From Candidatus Marinacidobacterium sp. (lineage in GTDB: Bacteria; Acidobacteriota; Vicinamibacteria; Marinacidobacterales; Marinacidobacteraceae): DNA of 64,000 bases. The stretch spans positions 1,600,001 through 1,664,000 of the forward strand of contig OZ242011.1 of NCBI GenBank assembly GCA_965204755.1. The letters run 5' to 3'. The notes beneath the pieces were generated by a model. It was not told the origin of the DNA. It did not search any database and saw only the letters and a program-made list of their open reading frames with translations. The position numbers and the translations under genes were made by a program. Positions 38,190 through 47,956 of this stretch are shown one piece after another. The first letter of the stretch is position 1, and each line of letters begins with the position of its first letter.

Positions 38190-39467
38190 ATGAACACGAC
38201 TCCCGGTCCCGCTTCCCGGTGGGCGGCATTCGCCTCCCGCCGCTGGGCGGCCGTCCTGCTGGTTCTGCTCGCCTCTTGCGGCGGCGAGCGCGGGCCCGCC
38301 GGCGGGTACCGCGAGGGGATGCTGGTCGTCAGCGCGTCCCGCGTCCTCGACGGGCGCGGCGGGGTACTCGAAGACCACGGCGTGGTGATCGAGGGTGATC
38401 GGGTCGCCGCGGTGGCGGCGAACGCGGACTTGCCGACGGATGTGCGGTGGCTGCACTTCGACGACGCCTCGATCCTTCCGGGATTGATCGATACCCATGT
38501 CCACCTCTCCTGGCACTTCGGCGCGGACGGGAAACTCGCGCGCGGCGACGCGCCCGAAGTCACGGCGCTCCACGCGGTGGAGAACGGGGTGAAGATGTTG
38601 CGCGCCGGCTTCACGACCGTGCAGAGCCTCGGGAACGCCGTGGACGGACCGGTGCGCGACGCAGTGAACCGGGGCCTCGTGCCCGGCCCCCGCATCCTGA
38701 CCTCCCTGGGCCAACTGTCCGCGCGCACCGGAGGGGCGGAGGAACTCGCGGCGGAAGCGGCCCGCCTGGCGGACGCCGGCGCCGACGCGATCAAGATCTT
38801 CGCTTCGGAGAGCATCCGGGTGGGCGGCGGGCCGACGCTCTCGCAGGAGGAACTCGACGCCGCCTGCGGCGCGGCGGCGGAGCGGGGGCTGCGAACGCTG
38901 GTGCACGCGCACGGGCCGGAGAGCGCGAGCCGGGCGTCCCGCGCCGGCTGCACCACCATCGAACACGGCGCATTGCTCGACCGGGAAACGCTCGACCTGC
39001 TGGCCGCGAACGGGACCTTCTACGACCCGAACACCTACCTCATCTTCGCCAACTACTTCGAGAACCAGGATCGTTACCTCGGCATCGGGAACTACACCGA
39101 GGAAGGGTTCCGGCAGATGGAATCCGGCGCCGAACGGGCGATGGAGACCTTCCGCGCCGCGCTGGAAACCGACGGACTGAAGATCGTGTTCGGCACCGAC
39201 GCGGTCGCCGGCGCGCACGGCCAAAACCTCCGGGAAGCGGTCGCCCGGGTGGAGCAGGGCGGGCAGGAACCCATGGGCGTGATCGTCGGGATGACTTCGC
39301 TCGCCGCCGAGTCGCTCGGACTCGGGAGCGAGATCGGGACGCTCGCGACGGGTTACGCCGCCGACCTGATCGTGGTGGAAGGCGATCCCGCGCAGGACAT
39401 CGAGTCCCTGGGGAATATCCGGCTGGTGATCGCCGGGGGCGAAGTCCGCTACTCGACGCCGCCGTAG
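38190..39467 (+). CDS. Amidohydrolase family lipoprotein
   Basis: GGAGGA RBS, LLASC lipobox, PGLIDTHVH, VHAHG, TIEHG and FGTDA motifs. Confidence 0.9.
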   Translation: MNTTPGPASRWAAFASRRWAAVLLVLLASCGGERGPAGGYREGMLVVSASRVLDGRGGVLEDHGVVIEGDRVAAVAANADLPTDVRWLHFDDASILPGLIDTHVHLSWHFGADGKLARGDAPEVTALHAVENGVKMLRAGFTTVQSLGNAVDGPVRDAVNRGLVPGPRILTSLGQLSARTGGAEELAAEAARLADAGADAIKIFASESIRVGGGPTLSQEELDAACGAAAERGLRTLVHAHGPESASRASRAGCTTIEHGALLDRETLDLLAANGTFYDPNTYLIFANYFENQDRYLGIGNYTEEGFRQMESGAERAMETFRAALETDGLKIVFGTDAVAGAHGQNLREAVARVEQGGQEPMGVIVGMTSLAAESLGLGSEIGTLATGYAADLIVVEGDPAQDIESLGNIRLVIAGGEVRYSTPP

Positions 39468-39580
39468 TCCCGGGGCGCGCCCGCCGGCGGCGGTCGGGCG
39501 CGGCGGGCCGCCGGGGGCGGCGCTCCGGAGGGGGTTTCTCGACCGACGCCGCCGGGCGCCGCGGGAATCGAACCCGAAGG

Positions 39581-40432
39581 TCAGGCCGCGGCGCGGCCGG
39601 CGCCCACTTCCCCGGTGCGGCTGCGGAGGCGCTCCACGACGAACAGCAGCGCCAGCGCGGTAACGATCAGGAAAGTCGCGGTCGCCAGGATCGCCGGGCT
39701 GATTTCCTCGCGGATTCCCGACCACATCTGGCGGGGGATGGTGCGTTGGTCGAGGCCGCCCATGAACAGGACGACCACCACTTCGTCGAAGGAGGCGGCG
39801 AAGGCGAACACCGCCCCGGAGACCACTCCGGGAGCGATGAGCGGCAACTGCACCCGGCGGAACGAAGTGAGGGCGTCCGCGCCGAGACTCTGCGCGGCGC
39901 GGGTCAGGTTGCGGTCGTAACCCGAGAGCGTCGCCGTAACCGTGATGACGACGAACGGCGCGCCCATCGCCGCGTGCGCGAGGATCAGGCCGATGTGCGT
40001 CTGCACCAGCCCCACATCGGAGTAGAAGAAGAACATCCCCGCCGCGGCGATCACCAGCGGGATCACCATCGGCGAGATGAGCACCGCGGTGACGAGCCGG
40101 CGCCCCGGCATCGCCGGACTGGACAGGCCGAGCGCGGCGACGGTTCCCAGCGTGGTCGCGAGCAGCGAAGCGGAGATGCCGATGAGCAGGCTGTTCGCGA
40201 GCGCCCGGGTCCAGACGCCGCCGGTGGCGATCTCCTCGTACCAACGAAGCGACCACGCGTCCGGGTCCAGCCGGAGCATTCCCGGCGTGAAGGTGAAGTA
40301 GGGCTCCGCGTTGAAACTGAGGGGGATGATGACCAAGATGGGCGCGATCAGGAACAGGAACACCAGCGCGCACCACAACCGGTAGGCGAGATGCCCCGGT
40401 CGGAGCCGGGAGAGGAGCGTCGCGAAAGTCAA
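39581..40432 (-). CDS. Polyamine-type ABC transporter permease (PotC-like)
   Basis: AAQSLGA EAA-like loop, SFDEVVV. Confidence 0.9.
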   Translation of the reverse strand: MTFATLLSRLRPGHLAYRLWCALVFLFLIAPILVIIPLSFNAEPYFTFTPGMLRLDPDAWSLRWYEEIATGGVWTRALANSLLIGISASLLATTLGTVAALGLSSPAMPGRRLVTAVLISPMVIPLVIAAAGMFFFYSDVGLVQTHIGLILAHAAMGAPFVVITVTATLSGYDRNLTRAAQSLGADALTSFRRVQLPLIAPGVVSGAVFAFAASFDEVVVVLFMGGLDQRTIPRQMWSGIREEISPAILATATFLIVTALALLFVVERLRSRTGEVGAGRAAA

Positions 40433-40439
40433 GACCGCG

Positions 40440-41675
40440 TTACCCGAGCCGCAGGCTCATCGCGCCGACCAGGCGGTCGTAGATCACATAGAGCACGCCG
40501 ACGACCAGCAGCAGCACGCCGCCGAGCGCCCCGGCGAGCCCCCAGTTCAGCGAGGTCTGCATGTGGAAGGCGATCATGTTGGAGATCAACTGGCCGCTGC
40601 TGCCGCCGACCAGCGCCGGGGTGATGTAGTAGCCGATCGCCAGGATGAAGACCAGCAGCGCGCCGGCGCCGGTGCCCGGAAGCGTCAGCGGCCAATAGAC
40701 GCGGAAGAACGCCTGCCAGCGGCTCGCCCCCAGCGAAGTCGCCGCGCGCATGAAACTCGGCGGAATGCCCTTCATCACCGAATAGATGGGCAGCACCATG
40801 AACGGGAGCAGGACATGCGTCATCGCCACCAGCGTCCCGGTCAGGTTGTAGATCATCGCGATCCGGCCGTCGTCGGAGAGGATGCCGACGGCGACCAGCA
40901 GGTCGTTGATGACGCCGCGCGTCTGGAGCAGCACGATCCAGGAAGTCGTGCGCACCAGCAGCGAAGTCCAGAACGGGACCAGCACCAGCATCAGCAGCCA
41001 GCGGGCGGCGCGGGGCGGGGCGGAAGCGATCCGGTGCGCGATGGGGTACGCGAGCAACAGGCAGAACAGCGTAACCACCAAACTGATGAACAGCGTCCGC
41101 CACAGGAGCGGCAGGTGGACGCGCCGCTCCGGCGGCTGGCGGACGACGGCGCCGTCCTCGGCGCGTTCGAGGTCGAGCGCGTGCAGGTAGTGGCGGGCGG
41201 TGAAACGCTGTCCGGCGGTGCGGATCGCGCGCCAGGTCGAAACCTCGCCCCATTCCGCCCGCCCGGCGATCAGGGTTTCCCGGAACGAGGGGCCTTCGCC
41301 GGCTTCCAGCCGGGCGGCCGCGGCGCGAGCGCCCCGGGTGATGACGCTGCGCATCCCGCTTTCGACCCGGTTCACCCGGCCGCCGAGCATTCCCGACCGG
41401 CGTTCGGCGTCCGCCGCCGCCAACTCGCGCGCCGCGGCGGCGAACACCGCTTCGTCCGGAAGACTCCCGCCGTCCCAGTCCGAAAGGAGCGCCAGGGTCT
41501 GAGGCAGGGTGTCCGCGACCACCGGGTCGTACACGCTGCGGGCGAACATCGTCCACAGCGGCGCGAGGAAGGTGACCCCGATGAACGCCACCAGGGGAAG
41601 CGCGAGACCCGCGGCGCGAAGCCGCGCCCGCGCCGGGATGCGGACCCGCCCGGCGGCGCTCATCGGGAGAGCCAC
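40440..41675 (-). CDS. Polyamine-type ABC transporter permease (PotB-like)
   Basis: PFWTSLLVRTTSW, RAATSLGA and GYYITPALVGG motifs. Confidence 0.9.
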   Translation of the reverse strand: MALPMSAAGRVRIPARARLRAAGLALPLVAFIGVTFLAPLWTMFARSVYDPVVADTLPQTLALLSDWDGGSLPDEAVFAAAARELAAADAERRSGMLGGRVNRVESGMRSVITRGARAAAARLEAGEGPSFRETLIAGRAEWGEVSTWRAIRTAGQRFTARHYLHALDLERAEDGAVVRQPPERRVHLPLLWRTLFISLVVTLFCLLLAYPIAHRIASAPPRAARWLLMLVLVPFWTSLLVRTTSWIVLLQTRGVINDLLVAVGILSDDGRIAMIYNLTGTLVAMTHVLLPFMVLPIYSVMKGIPPSFMRAATSLGASRWQAFFRVYWPLTLPGTGAGALLVFILAIGYYITPALVGGSSGQLISNMIAFHMQTSLNWGLAGALGGVLLLVVGVLYVIYDRLVGAMSLRLG

Positions 41676-42775
41676 GCCGAGAAGCGGTCGTTCATCTCGT
41701 CCAGGTTTTCACTCCACCATCTCCAGTCGCTCATGAGCGTCTTCGTCATGTTCTCCGGGGAAGTCGGGAGGTGCGGCTGCATGTCGATCCCGGTGATGTG
41801 GGTCGTGACGAAGGGGAGACCGGAACGGCGCGCCGGCGGATAGGAGATGCGGCGGGTCAAACGGGAAACGACTTCGGGCGAGGTGTAGTAGGCGACGAAC
41901 TCGAGCGCCCGCTCCAGGTTTTCGGTGCCGGCGACGATCCCGATCTGCCCCACATCGAGCACCTGCCCGTCCCACACGATGACGAACGGCTGCCCCTCGA
42001 CCACCTGCGCGTTGAAGATGCGGCCGTTGTACGCCGTGGACATGCCGACTTCCCGGTCGGCGAGCATCTGCGGCGGCTGGGCGCCGGCCTCCCACCAGAC
42101 CACCTGGTCGCGGATGCTGTCCAGTTTCGCGAAGGCGCGTTCGAGTCCCTCCGGGGTATCGAGCGCGCGGTACACCTCGTCGAGCGCCACGCCGTCGGCC
42201 ATGAGCGCCATCTCGAGGTTCACCAGCGGCGAGCGGCGCATCCCCCGGCGCCCGGGGAACCGCTCCAGGTCGAAGAAGTCCTCGATGGTGGAGGGCGGGT
42301 CGTCGGGAAAGGCGTCGGGGTGGTAGGCGTACATCGTCGAATAGAAGACGGTGCCGGCGCCGCACTCGGTCAGCGTCTCCGGGGCGAAGTCGTCCTCCGG
42401 GGCGCTCCCGTCCGCGCCCGGCGGCAGGATCTCCGGAGGGATCCGCTCGAGCAGTCCCTCGTCGCAGCCGCGCACGGCGTCGAAGATCTCCAGGTTGACC
42501 GCGTCCCAGTGGACCCGGCCGGTGTCCACCTGCGCCCGCACCTGCGCCAGCCCGCCGGAGTAGTCCTCCATGCGCACCTGCTTGCCGGACTCCGCTCGGT
42601 AGGGCGTCAGGATTTCGGCCTCTTCGGCGCGCCCGATGGCGCCGCCCCAGGAGACGAAAGTGAGCCTCGGTTCGCTCTCGCCGCAACCGGCGAGAACGAA
42701 GAGGCCGAGCGCGGGCGGCGCGAAGCGGCCGCCGATTCCTCCGAAGCGGCCGAGGCGCCGGCCGGCGTCCGTCAT
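41660..42775 (-). CDS. Polyamine-type ABC substrate-binding lipoprotein (PotD-like)
   Basis: LAGC lipobox, VSWGG, FFDLERFPGRRG and AYNGRI motifs. Confidence 0.88.
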   Translation of the reverse strand: MTDAGRRLGRFGGIGGRFAPPALGLFVLAGCGESEPRLTFVSWGGAIGRAEEAEILTPYRAESGKQVRMEDYSGGLAQVRAQVDTGRVHWDAVNLEIFDAVRGCDEGLLERIPPEILPPGADGSAPEDDFAPETLTECGAGTVFYSTMYAYHPDAFPDDPPSTIEDFFDLERFPGRRGMRRSPLVNLEMALMADGVALDEVYRALDTPEGLERAFAKLDSIRDQVVWWEAGAQPPQMLADREVGMSTAYNGRIFNAQVVEGQPFVIVWDGQVLDVGQIGIVAGTENLERALEFVAYYTSPEVVSRLTRRISYPPARRSGLPFVTTHITGIDMQPHLPTSPENMTKTLMSDWRWWSENLDEMNDRFSAWLSR

Positions 42776-43938
42776 GTGCTTTCGGTCTCGTACTCGTGGT
42801 CGAGCGCGCGGCAGTCGGTGGGCGTCCAGCCGATGCGCACCCGGTCGCCGGCCAGCACCGCGCCGTGCCCCACGATGTTCGGGATCTTCACGATGAAGTC
42901 GTCGCGTCCGAGCAGGCGGACCAGCACCCGGATGTGGTCGCCGAGGAAGGTGAGTTCCTCCACATCGGCTTCGAACTCGTTGGCGAACATGCCTGCGTTC
43001 GGGGCGAGTTCGACGCGTTCCGGGCGGATGGACAGCGTCGTGGCTTCGCCGACTTCCCCCGGCGCGACGCGAAGCGCCCGGACCAACGAATCGCCGACCC
43101 GCACTTGGCAGAGCCCGCCTTCGACGCTCTCGATGGTTCCCTGCAGCCGGTTGTTCTCGCCGATGAACCGCGCCACGAAACTCCGCATCGGCTCTTCGTA
43201 CAACTCTTCCGGCGTGGCCACCTGCTGCAGCGTTCCGTCGTTGAACACCGCCACCCGGTCGGAGAGCACCATCGCTTCCTGCTGGTCGTGCGTCACATAG
43301 ACGAAGGTGACGCCGAGCGACCGCTGGATGCGGCGGATCTCGTACTGCATCTCCTCCCGCAGCCGCCGGTCCAGGGCACCGAGCGGTTCGTCCATGAGCA
43401 CCAGGTCCGGCTCGAACACCAGCGCGCGGGCGATGGCCACCCGCTGCTGCTGCCCGCCGGAGAGTTGCCCGGGCTTGCGGTCCTCGAAACCCTGCAGCCT
43501 CACGAGTTGGAGCGCCCGGTCCACCTGCTCCCGCCGCCGGGCCGGATCCACTTTCCGCACTTCGAGCGGGAACGACAGGTTCTGTCCTACCGTGAGATGC
43601 GGGAACAGGGCGTAGTTCTGGAACACCATCCCGATCCCGCGCTTCCGGGCCGGGGTATCGGCGATTTCCTGCCCGCGCAGGCGGATGGAACCGGTGGTCG
43701 GGACTTCGAAGCCGGCCAGCATCATCAGGCAGGTCGTCTTGCCGCTGCCGGAAGGCCCGAGCAGCGTCAGGAACTCCCCCTGCTGCACCTGGAGGTCGAG
43801 ACCGTCCACGACGAGGACCTTCCCGTCGTAGGTCTTGGTGACGCCCCGGAATTCGACATAGGCCGGGTCCGGCGCCGCGCCCTCGGCCGGCCGTTTCTGC
43901 TCGGAATCGTTCACTGCGTTCCCCGGGGTTTCACCCAT
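42772..43938 (-). CDS. Polyamine-type ABC ATP-binding protein (PotA-like, TOBE domain)
   Basis: GPSGSGKTT, VFQNYALFPH, LSGGQQQRV and YVTHDQQEA motifs. Confidence 0.93.
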   Translation of the reverse strand: MGETPGNAVNDSEQKRPAEGAAPDPAYVEFRGVTKTYDGKVLVVDGLDLQVQQGEFLTLLGPSGSGKTTCLMMLAGFEVPTTGSIRLRGQEIADTPARKRGIGMVFQNYALFPHLTVGQNLSFPLEVRKVDPARRREQVDRALQLVRLQGFEDRKPGQLSGGQQQRVAIARALVFEPDLVLMDEPLGALDRRLREEMQYEIRRIQRSLGVTFVYVTHDQQEAMVLSDRVAVFNDGTLQQVATPEELYEEPMRSFVARFIGENNRLQGTIESVEGGLCQVRVGDSLVRALRVAPGEVGEATTLSIRPERVELAPNAGMFANEFEADVEELTFLGDHIRVLVRLLGRDDFIVKIPNIVGHGAVLAGDRVRIGWTPTDCRALDHEYETEST

Positions 43939-44698
43939 CCACCGTCATGAGAAGCGCGTCGCCGCGCCATTCGACCTCAGCGGAAACATCATAGACGGCG
44001 CGCATCGCTTCCGCCGTTACCGCTTCCCGGGGCGGGCCGCCCCCGAGGATCCGTCCGCCGCGCATCCAGGCGATGCGGTCGGCGTAGCGGGCGGCGAGGC
44101 CGACTTCGTGGAGCACCACCAGCGCCCCCCCGCCGTCTTCGACGAATCCCCTCAGCCGCCGCATGACGCGCCGCGCGTGGGCCGGATCCAGCGAAGCCGC
44201 CGGCTCGTCGGCGAGCGCCAGCGGCGTCTCCGCGGCGAACATCCGGGCGCAGTGTACTAGCGCCAGTTCGCCGCCGGAGAGGGTGTCCGCCGCCCGGTCC
44301 GCCAGTCCTTCGAGGCCGCAGGAAGCGAGCGCCCGCTCCACCGCGGCTGCGTCCTCCGGCCCCGGCCGGCCGGGCGAAGCGCCGTAGGCGAAGCGGCCGA
44401 GCGCCACCAGGTCGGCCACCCGGGTCGGCCAGGCGAGCGGCCGCCGCTGCGGCAGGTAGGCGACCCGGCGCGCCCGCTCCCGGGGCCGGAACGAACCGGC
44501 GGGGCGGCCGTCGAGGGTGACCGAGCCGGAGGCGAGCGGGACCCGGCCGAGCGCCGCCCGCAGCAGGGTGGTCTTCCCGGCGCCGTTCGGGCCGAGGAGC
44601 GCCACCAACTCGCCGGACTCGACCGAGAGGTCGGCCCCGCGCAGCGCCTCCCGTCCGCCGAGCCGGACGCTCGCGCCTTCCGCCCGGAGGAGGGCCAC
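43931..44698 (-). CDS. Iron-chelate/cobalamin ABC ATP-binding protein
   Basis: GPNGAGKTT, LSGGE and ADEPAASLDPAH motifs. Confidence 0.88.
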   Translation of the reverse strand: MALLRAEGASVRLGGREALRGADLSVESGELVALLGPNGAGKTTLLRAALGRVPLASGSVTLDGRPAGSFRPRERARRVAYLPQRRPLAWPTRVADLVALGRFAYGASPGRPGPEDAAAVERALASCGLEGLADRAADTLSGGELALVHCARMFAAETPLALADEPAASLDPAHARRVMRRLRGFVEDGGGALVVLHEVGLAARYADRIAWMRGGRILGGGPPREAVTAEAMRAVYDVSAEVEWRGDALLMTVDG

Positions 44699-44703
44699 CG
44701 CGC

Positions 44704-45714
44704 TCAGGCCTCCGGGGCGCGGCGCCGGGCCGCGATCCAGGCGAAGGCCGGCGCGCCGAAGAGCGCCGCCACCACGCCGAGTTTCAGTTCCACGGTCGTC
44801 GGCAGGAGGCGGACGAAGAGGTCGGAGACGGTGAGCAGCAGTCCGGCGAGGAGCGCCGAGGGCAGCAGGCTGCGGGCCGGGTCGTGGCCGGTGAGCGGGC
44901 GGGCCAGGTGCGGGGCCACGATGCCGACGAAGCCGATGACCCCGGCGAGCGAGACCGCCGCGCCGGTGGCCAGCCCGGCGCCGACCACCACCAGCCGGCG
45001 GTGCCGGCGCAGGTCGAGCCCGACGCCGGCGGCGGCCTCTTCGCCGAGGGTGAGCGCCGAGAGCCCCCGCCGGGAGGCGAAGAGGAGCGCCAGCCCGGCG
45101 GCGAGGAACGGGGCGGCGAGGAGCAGGTCGTCGAAACTGCGGTTCGCCACCGAGCCCAGCATCCACTGCACCAGGTCGGAGAGCGAGAAGGGATTCGGCG
45201 CCAGGTTGGTGAACAGCGCCATCACGGCCCCGGCGAAACTGGAGAGGCCGACGCCGATGAGGATCAGGGTTACCGTCGAACTCAGGCGGGAGGCGGAGAC
45301 GGCGATCAGCAGGGTCGCGGCGAGAGCGCCGAGGATCGCGGTCAGCGGGAGCGCCAAACCGCCGGGGCCGCCGGGGCCGCCGATGTTGCCGAGCCCGAAG
45401 GTGAGGGCGAAGGTAGCGCCGAGCGCCGAGCAGGCGGAGACGCCGAGGACTCCCGGTTCCGCCAGCGGGTTGCGGAGGAGTCCCTGGAGCGCCGCCCCGG
45501 AGGCGCCGAGCGCCGCGCCCACCGCGAAGGCGGCGAGCGCCCGGGGGAGGCGGACCGCTCCCACGATCAGGCGGTCGGCGGGGTCGCCCCCGCCGAAGAG
45601 GGCGGCGAGGGCGCGGCTCCCGGGGAGGTCGGAGGGGCCGAGGAGGCAGGCGGCGAGGAGCGCGGCGAGCCCGCCGGCGGCGAGCAGGGCGTTCGGGCGG
45701 GCGTCCGGGGTCAT
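44704..45714 (-). CDS. FecCD/BtuC-family permease
   Basis: RLPRA, LQGLLRNPLAEPGVLGV and IGFVGIVAPH motifs. Confidence 0.92.
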   Translation of the reverse strand: MTPDARPNALLAAGGLAALLAACLLGPSDLPGSRALAALFGGGDPADRLIVGAVRLPRALAAFAVGAALGASGAALQGLLRNPLAEPGVLGVSACSALGATFALTFGLGNIGGPGGPGGLALPLTAILGALAATLLIAVSASRLSSTVTLILIGVGLSSFAGAVMALFTNLAPNPFSLSDLVQWMLGSVANRSFDDLLLAAPFLAAGLALLFASRRGLSALTLGEEAAAGVGLDLRRHRRLVVVGAGLATGAAVSLAGVIGFVGIVAPHLARPLTGHDPARSLLPSALLAGLLLTVSDLFVRLLPTTVELKLGVVAALFGAPAFAWIAARRRAPEA

Positions 45715-46676
45715 CGGCGTTCGTTGGCCGGGGGGCGCGGCGGTTCGGCGCGCCGCTGCGGGAGGCGGGCGGCGGCCGCCAGCGCTTCGACCGCTTCGAC
45801 CACGAACCAGCCGCCGCAGGCGGTCCAGGCCCCGCTGAGCCGGGTGATGGGGACTTCGTCGAGGAGGGAGCGGACGAACGGGTGCCGCGCGGCGCTCCAG
45901 TGGCCGCCGTGCGCTTCCGGCGAGTCGTAGAACGCGGCGGCGACCCGGTCGGGGCGCTCGCGGGCGAGGCGCTCCAGCGGGACTTCCCGGAATCCGGGGC
46001 TCGCGGTGAAGTTGGCGAACCCGGCGGCGGCGAACAGTTCGTGGATCAGCGTGCCCGGCCCGGCGGTGGCTCCGCCGGGCGTCAGGTAGAGCGCCGCCGG
46101 CCGCTCGCCGGTCGCGGCGCGCCGTCCGCTCTCCGCCGCCTGCGCGAGCCGCCGGTCGAACTCCGCCGCGAGGGAGCGTCCGCGGCCCGCCGCCCCGAGG
46201 CTCTCCGCCGCCCGGAGCATCGAGTCCCGAACCCCGGCGAGGTCGGCGCCGAAGCCGATCTGCGCCACGCGCGCGCCGGCGCGCCGGTAGAACGAGGCCG
46301 CCCCCGGCCCGCCGCCGTAGGAACGAACCACCAGGTCGGGTTCGAGCGCGAGCACTTCCTCCGCGTTCGGCCGCACCTGCGGGAACCCCCGCGCCCGCTC
46401 CCGGTGGTAGGAAAAACTGCTCGCGGCATCCGGCGACAGCGCCGCGATCCGCTCCCGCGGAACGAACTCCAACACATACTGGTCAGCGCAGTAATCGAGA
46501 CTGACGACTCGCTCCGTCGTTGCGGCCATGGCCGGAGGACGAAACGCATCGCCGCCGCCACTGCAGGAAACCGCGGCGAGGGTCGCGGCGGCGGCCCATG
46601 CCGGTCGGCGGCTCCGTATCCCCGGGAGGGCATCGTGATGGCGAACCTTCGGGAGCCATACCCTGCGGGTGCTCAT
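45711..46676 (-). CDS. BtuF-like periplasmic binding protein
   Basis: RVVSLDYCADQY, AEEVLALEPDLV and WTACGG motifs. Confidence 0.85.
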   Translation of the reverse strand: MSTRRVWLPKVRHHDALPGIRSRRPAWAAAATLAAVSCSGGGDAFRPPAMAATTERVVSLDYCADQYVLEFVPRERIAALSPDAASSFSYHRERARGFPQVRPNAEEVLALEPDLVVRSYGGGPGAASFYRRAGARVAQIGFGADLAGVRDSMLRAAESLGAAGRGRSLAAEFDRRLAQAAESGRRAATGERPAALYLTPGGATAGPGTLIHELFAAAGFANFTASPGFREVPLERLARERPDRVAAAFYDSPEAHGGHWSAARHPFVRSLLDEVPITRLSGAWTACGGWFVVEAVEALAAAARLPQRRAEPPRPPANERR

Positions 46677-47020
46677 CGCCCTCCGGAGGTATCGGTCGTC
46701 CCGGTTTCGGATTCCGTCGTTCCGCGAGGGGCGACCTCCGGGAACAGCCTCCGCCCGGACGACCGATTCGCGTTCAACCGGCGCTTCAGTTCCTCCATCT
46801 CTCCGGTATCCGCCGGCCAGTCCGCCGCAATCCATCGTTCGATCAGGGCGATGGCCCCGCGGTCGTCTTCTCCCGGCGGGAGTTTCCCCGGGGTCGGGTG
46901 AATGCCCTCGCTCCCGCCGCCATCGTCCTGCACGCGGGAAGCGCCGGCGCTCCCGTCGCTTCGGGGTGAACCGGTCGGCTCGGAGACCGACGACCCCCCG
47001 ACCCGTACCGGGCGCGTCAC
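46673..47020 (-). CDS. Small antitoxin-like protein, copy 2 (...EELKRRLNANRSSGRRLFP)
   Basis: Paralogous to the upstream ORF; GTGA and ATGA overlaps with both neighbours. Confidence 0.55.
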   Translation of the reverse strand: MTRPVRVGGSSVSEPTGSPRSDGSAGASRVQDDGGGSEGIHPTPGKLPPGEDDRGAIALIERWIAADWPADTGEMEELKRRLNANRSSGRRLFPEVAPRGTTESETGTTDTSGGR

Positions 47021-47322
47021 GGAAACAGTTTGCGGCCGGACATCCGATGCGCGTCGAGTTCGCGTTTCAGTTCCTCCAACTCGGCGGTCGTGTCCTCGCC
47101 GTCCTCGGCGTCCTCCTTCTTCCATGCCGCGAGGAGCGCCAAGGCTCCGGCGTTGTCCGGCGCCTCCCCCGGCGAACGCGTCGAATCGTTCGCCGATCCG
47201 CTCTCCCCGGAACGGGTATGCCGGTTCCCGGGGTCGCCGTGATCCTCGGTCCGGACTTCGGAGCGGGCGCGCCCCGGAGCGGCGGCCTTCGACGCGTTTT
47301 CGGAACGCTCGGCCCTATTCAC
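47017..47322 (-). CDS. Small antitoxin-like protein, copy 1 (...EELKRELDAHRMSGRKLFP)
   Basis: C-terminal ALALLAAW...LKRELDAHRMSGRKLFP motif, recalled from small proteins that precede PIN toxins. Confidence 0.6.
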   Translation of the reverse strand: MNRAERSENASKAAAPGRARSEVRTEDHGDPGNRHTRSGESGSANDSTRSPGEAPDNAGALALLAAWKKEDAEDGEDTTAELEELKRELDAHRMSGRKLFP

Positions 47323-47875
47323 CCGGAGGGCGGAGGTTCTTGACCGGTTGGGGGTCGTCGCCGGCGGGGGTGTTGTGCTGCATGATGATCTGCCAGCGGT
47401 CGCCGCGGTGGATGTAGGTCATCGTGTAGCGGCCTTCGTGGACGGTCATGCGCTGCTTGCCGTCGTAGAGGACGGAGAGCGCGTACTCGCCGTAGGCGAT
47501 GCCGGTGCCGCCGATCACCCGGTACTGCTCGTTGGAGGTGCGGAACTCGGCGCCGGTGGTGTTGTCGAAGAACAGGCGCCAATCTATGGCGCAGGCTTCG
47601 CGGCCCTGTTTCCCGGAGGTCGGGCCGCAGGCGTAGAACGACAGCGCCTCGTCGTGGACGGTGTCGAGGAAGCCGTCGAGGTCGCCGGAGTTCAGGGCGG
47701 CGACAGCGCCTTCGAAGGTCTCCTGGAGGGCGGCGACTTCGTCGGAGCGGTTTGCGGAGGCGGAGGCGATCCAGGACGCCAGCAGCAGGGCACCGGCGGC
47801 GAGGAGCGAGGCCGCGAGGCCCCGGTTCCGGCCGCAGCAGCGGCCCGTGGAGGGGGAAGAAGGGACGAAGATCAT
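47315..47875 (-). CDS. Exported NTF2/SnoaL-like (DUF4440-type) protein
   Basis: Signal peptide, ALNSGDLDGFL and GRYTMTYIHRGDRWQIIMQHNT. Confidence 0.8.
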   Translation of the reverse strand: MIFVPSSPSTGRCCGRNRGLAASLLAAGALLLASWIASASANRSDEVAALQETFEGAVAALNSGDLDGFLDTVHDEALSFYACGPTSGKQGREACAIDWRLFFDNTTGAEFRTSNEQYRVIGGTGIAYGEYALSVLYDGKQRMTVHEGRYTMTYIHRGDRWQIIMQHNTPAGDDPQPVKNLRPPGE

Positions 47876-47956
47876 GGTCGCGCCGAACCCTACCACCGGA
47901 GGGGGCCGGCCGAAGGCGTCCGGACCGCCGGTCGGCGCGACGCCCCCGGCGGCGGG

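Noticed and set aside
46677-47400. Cobalamin riboswitch upstream of the btuF-like gene
   Set aside because: The region is filled by coupled small ORFs, and no convincing B12-box was seen by eye; an Rfam cmsearch would be decisive.
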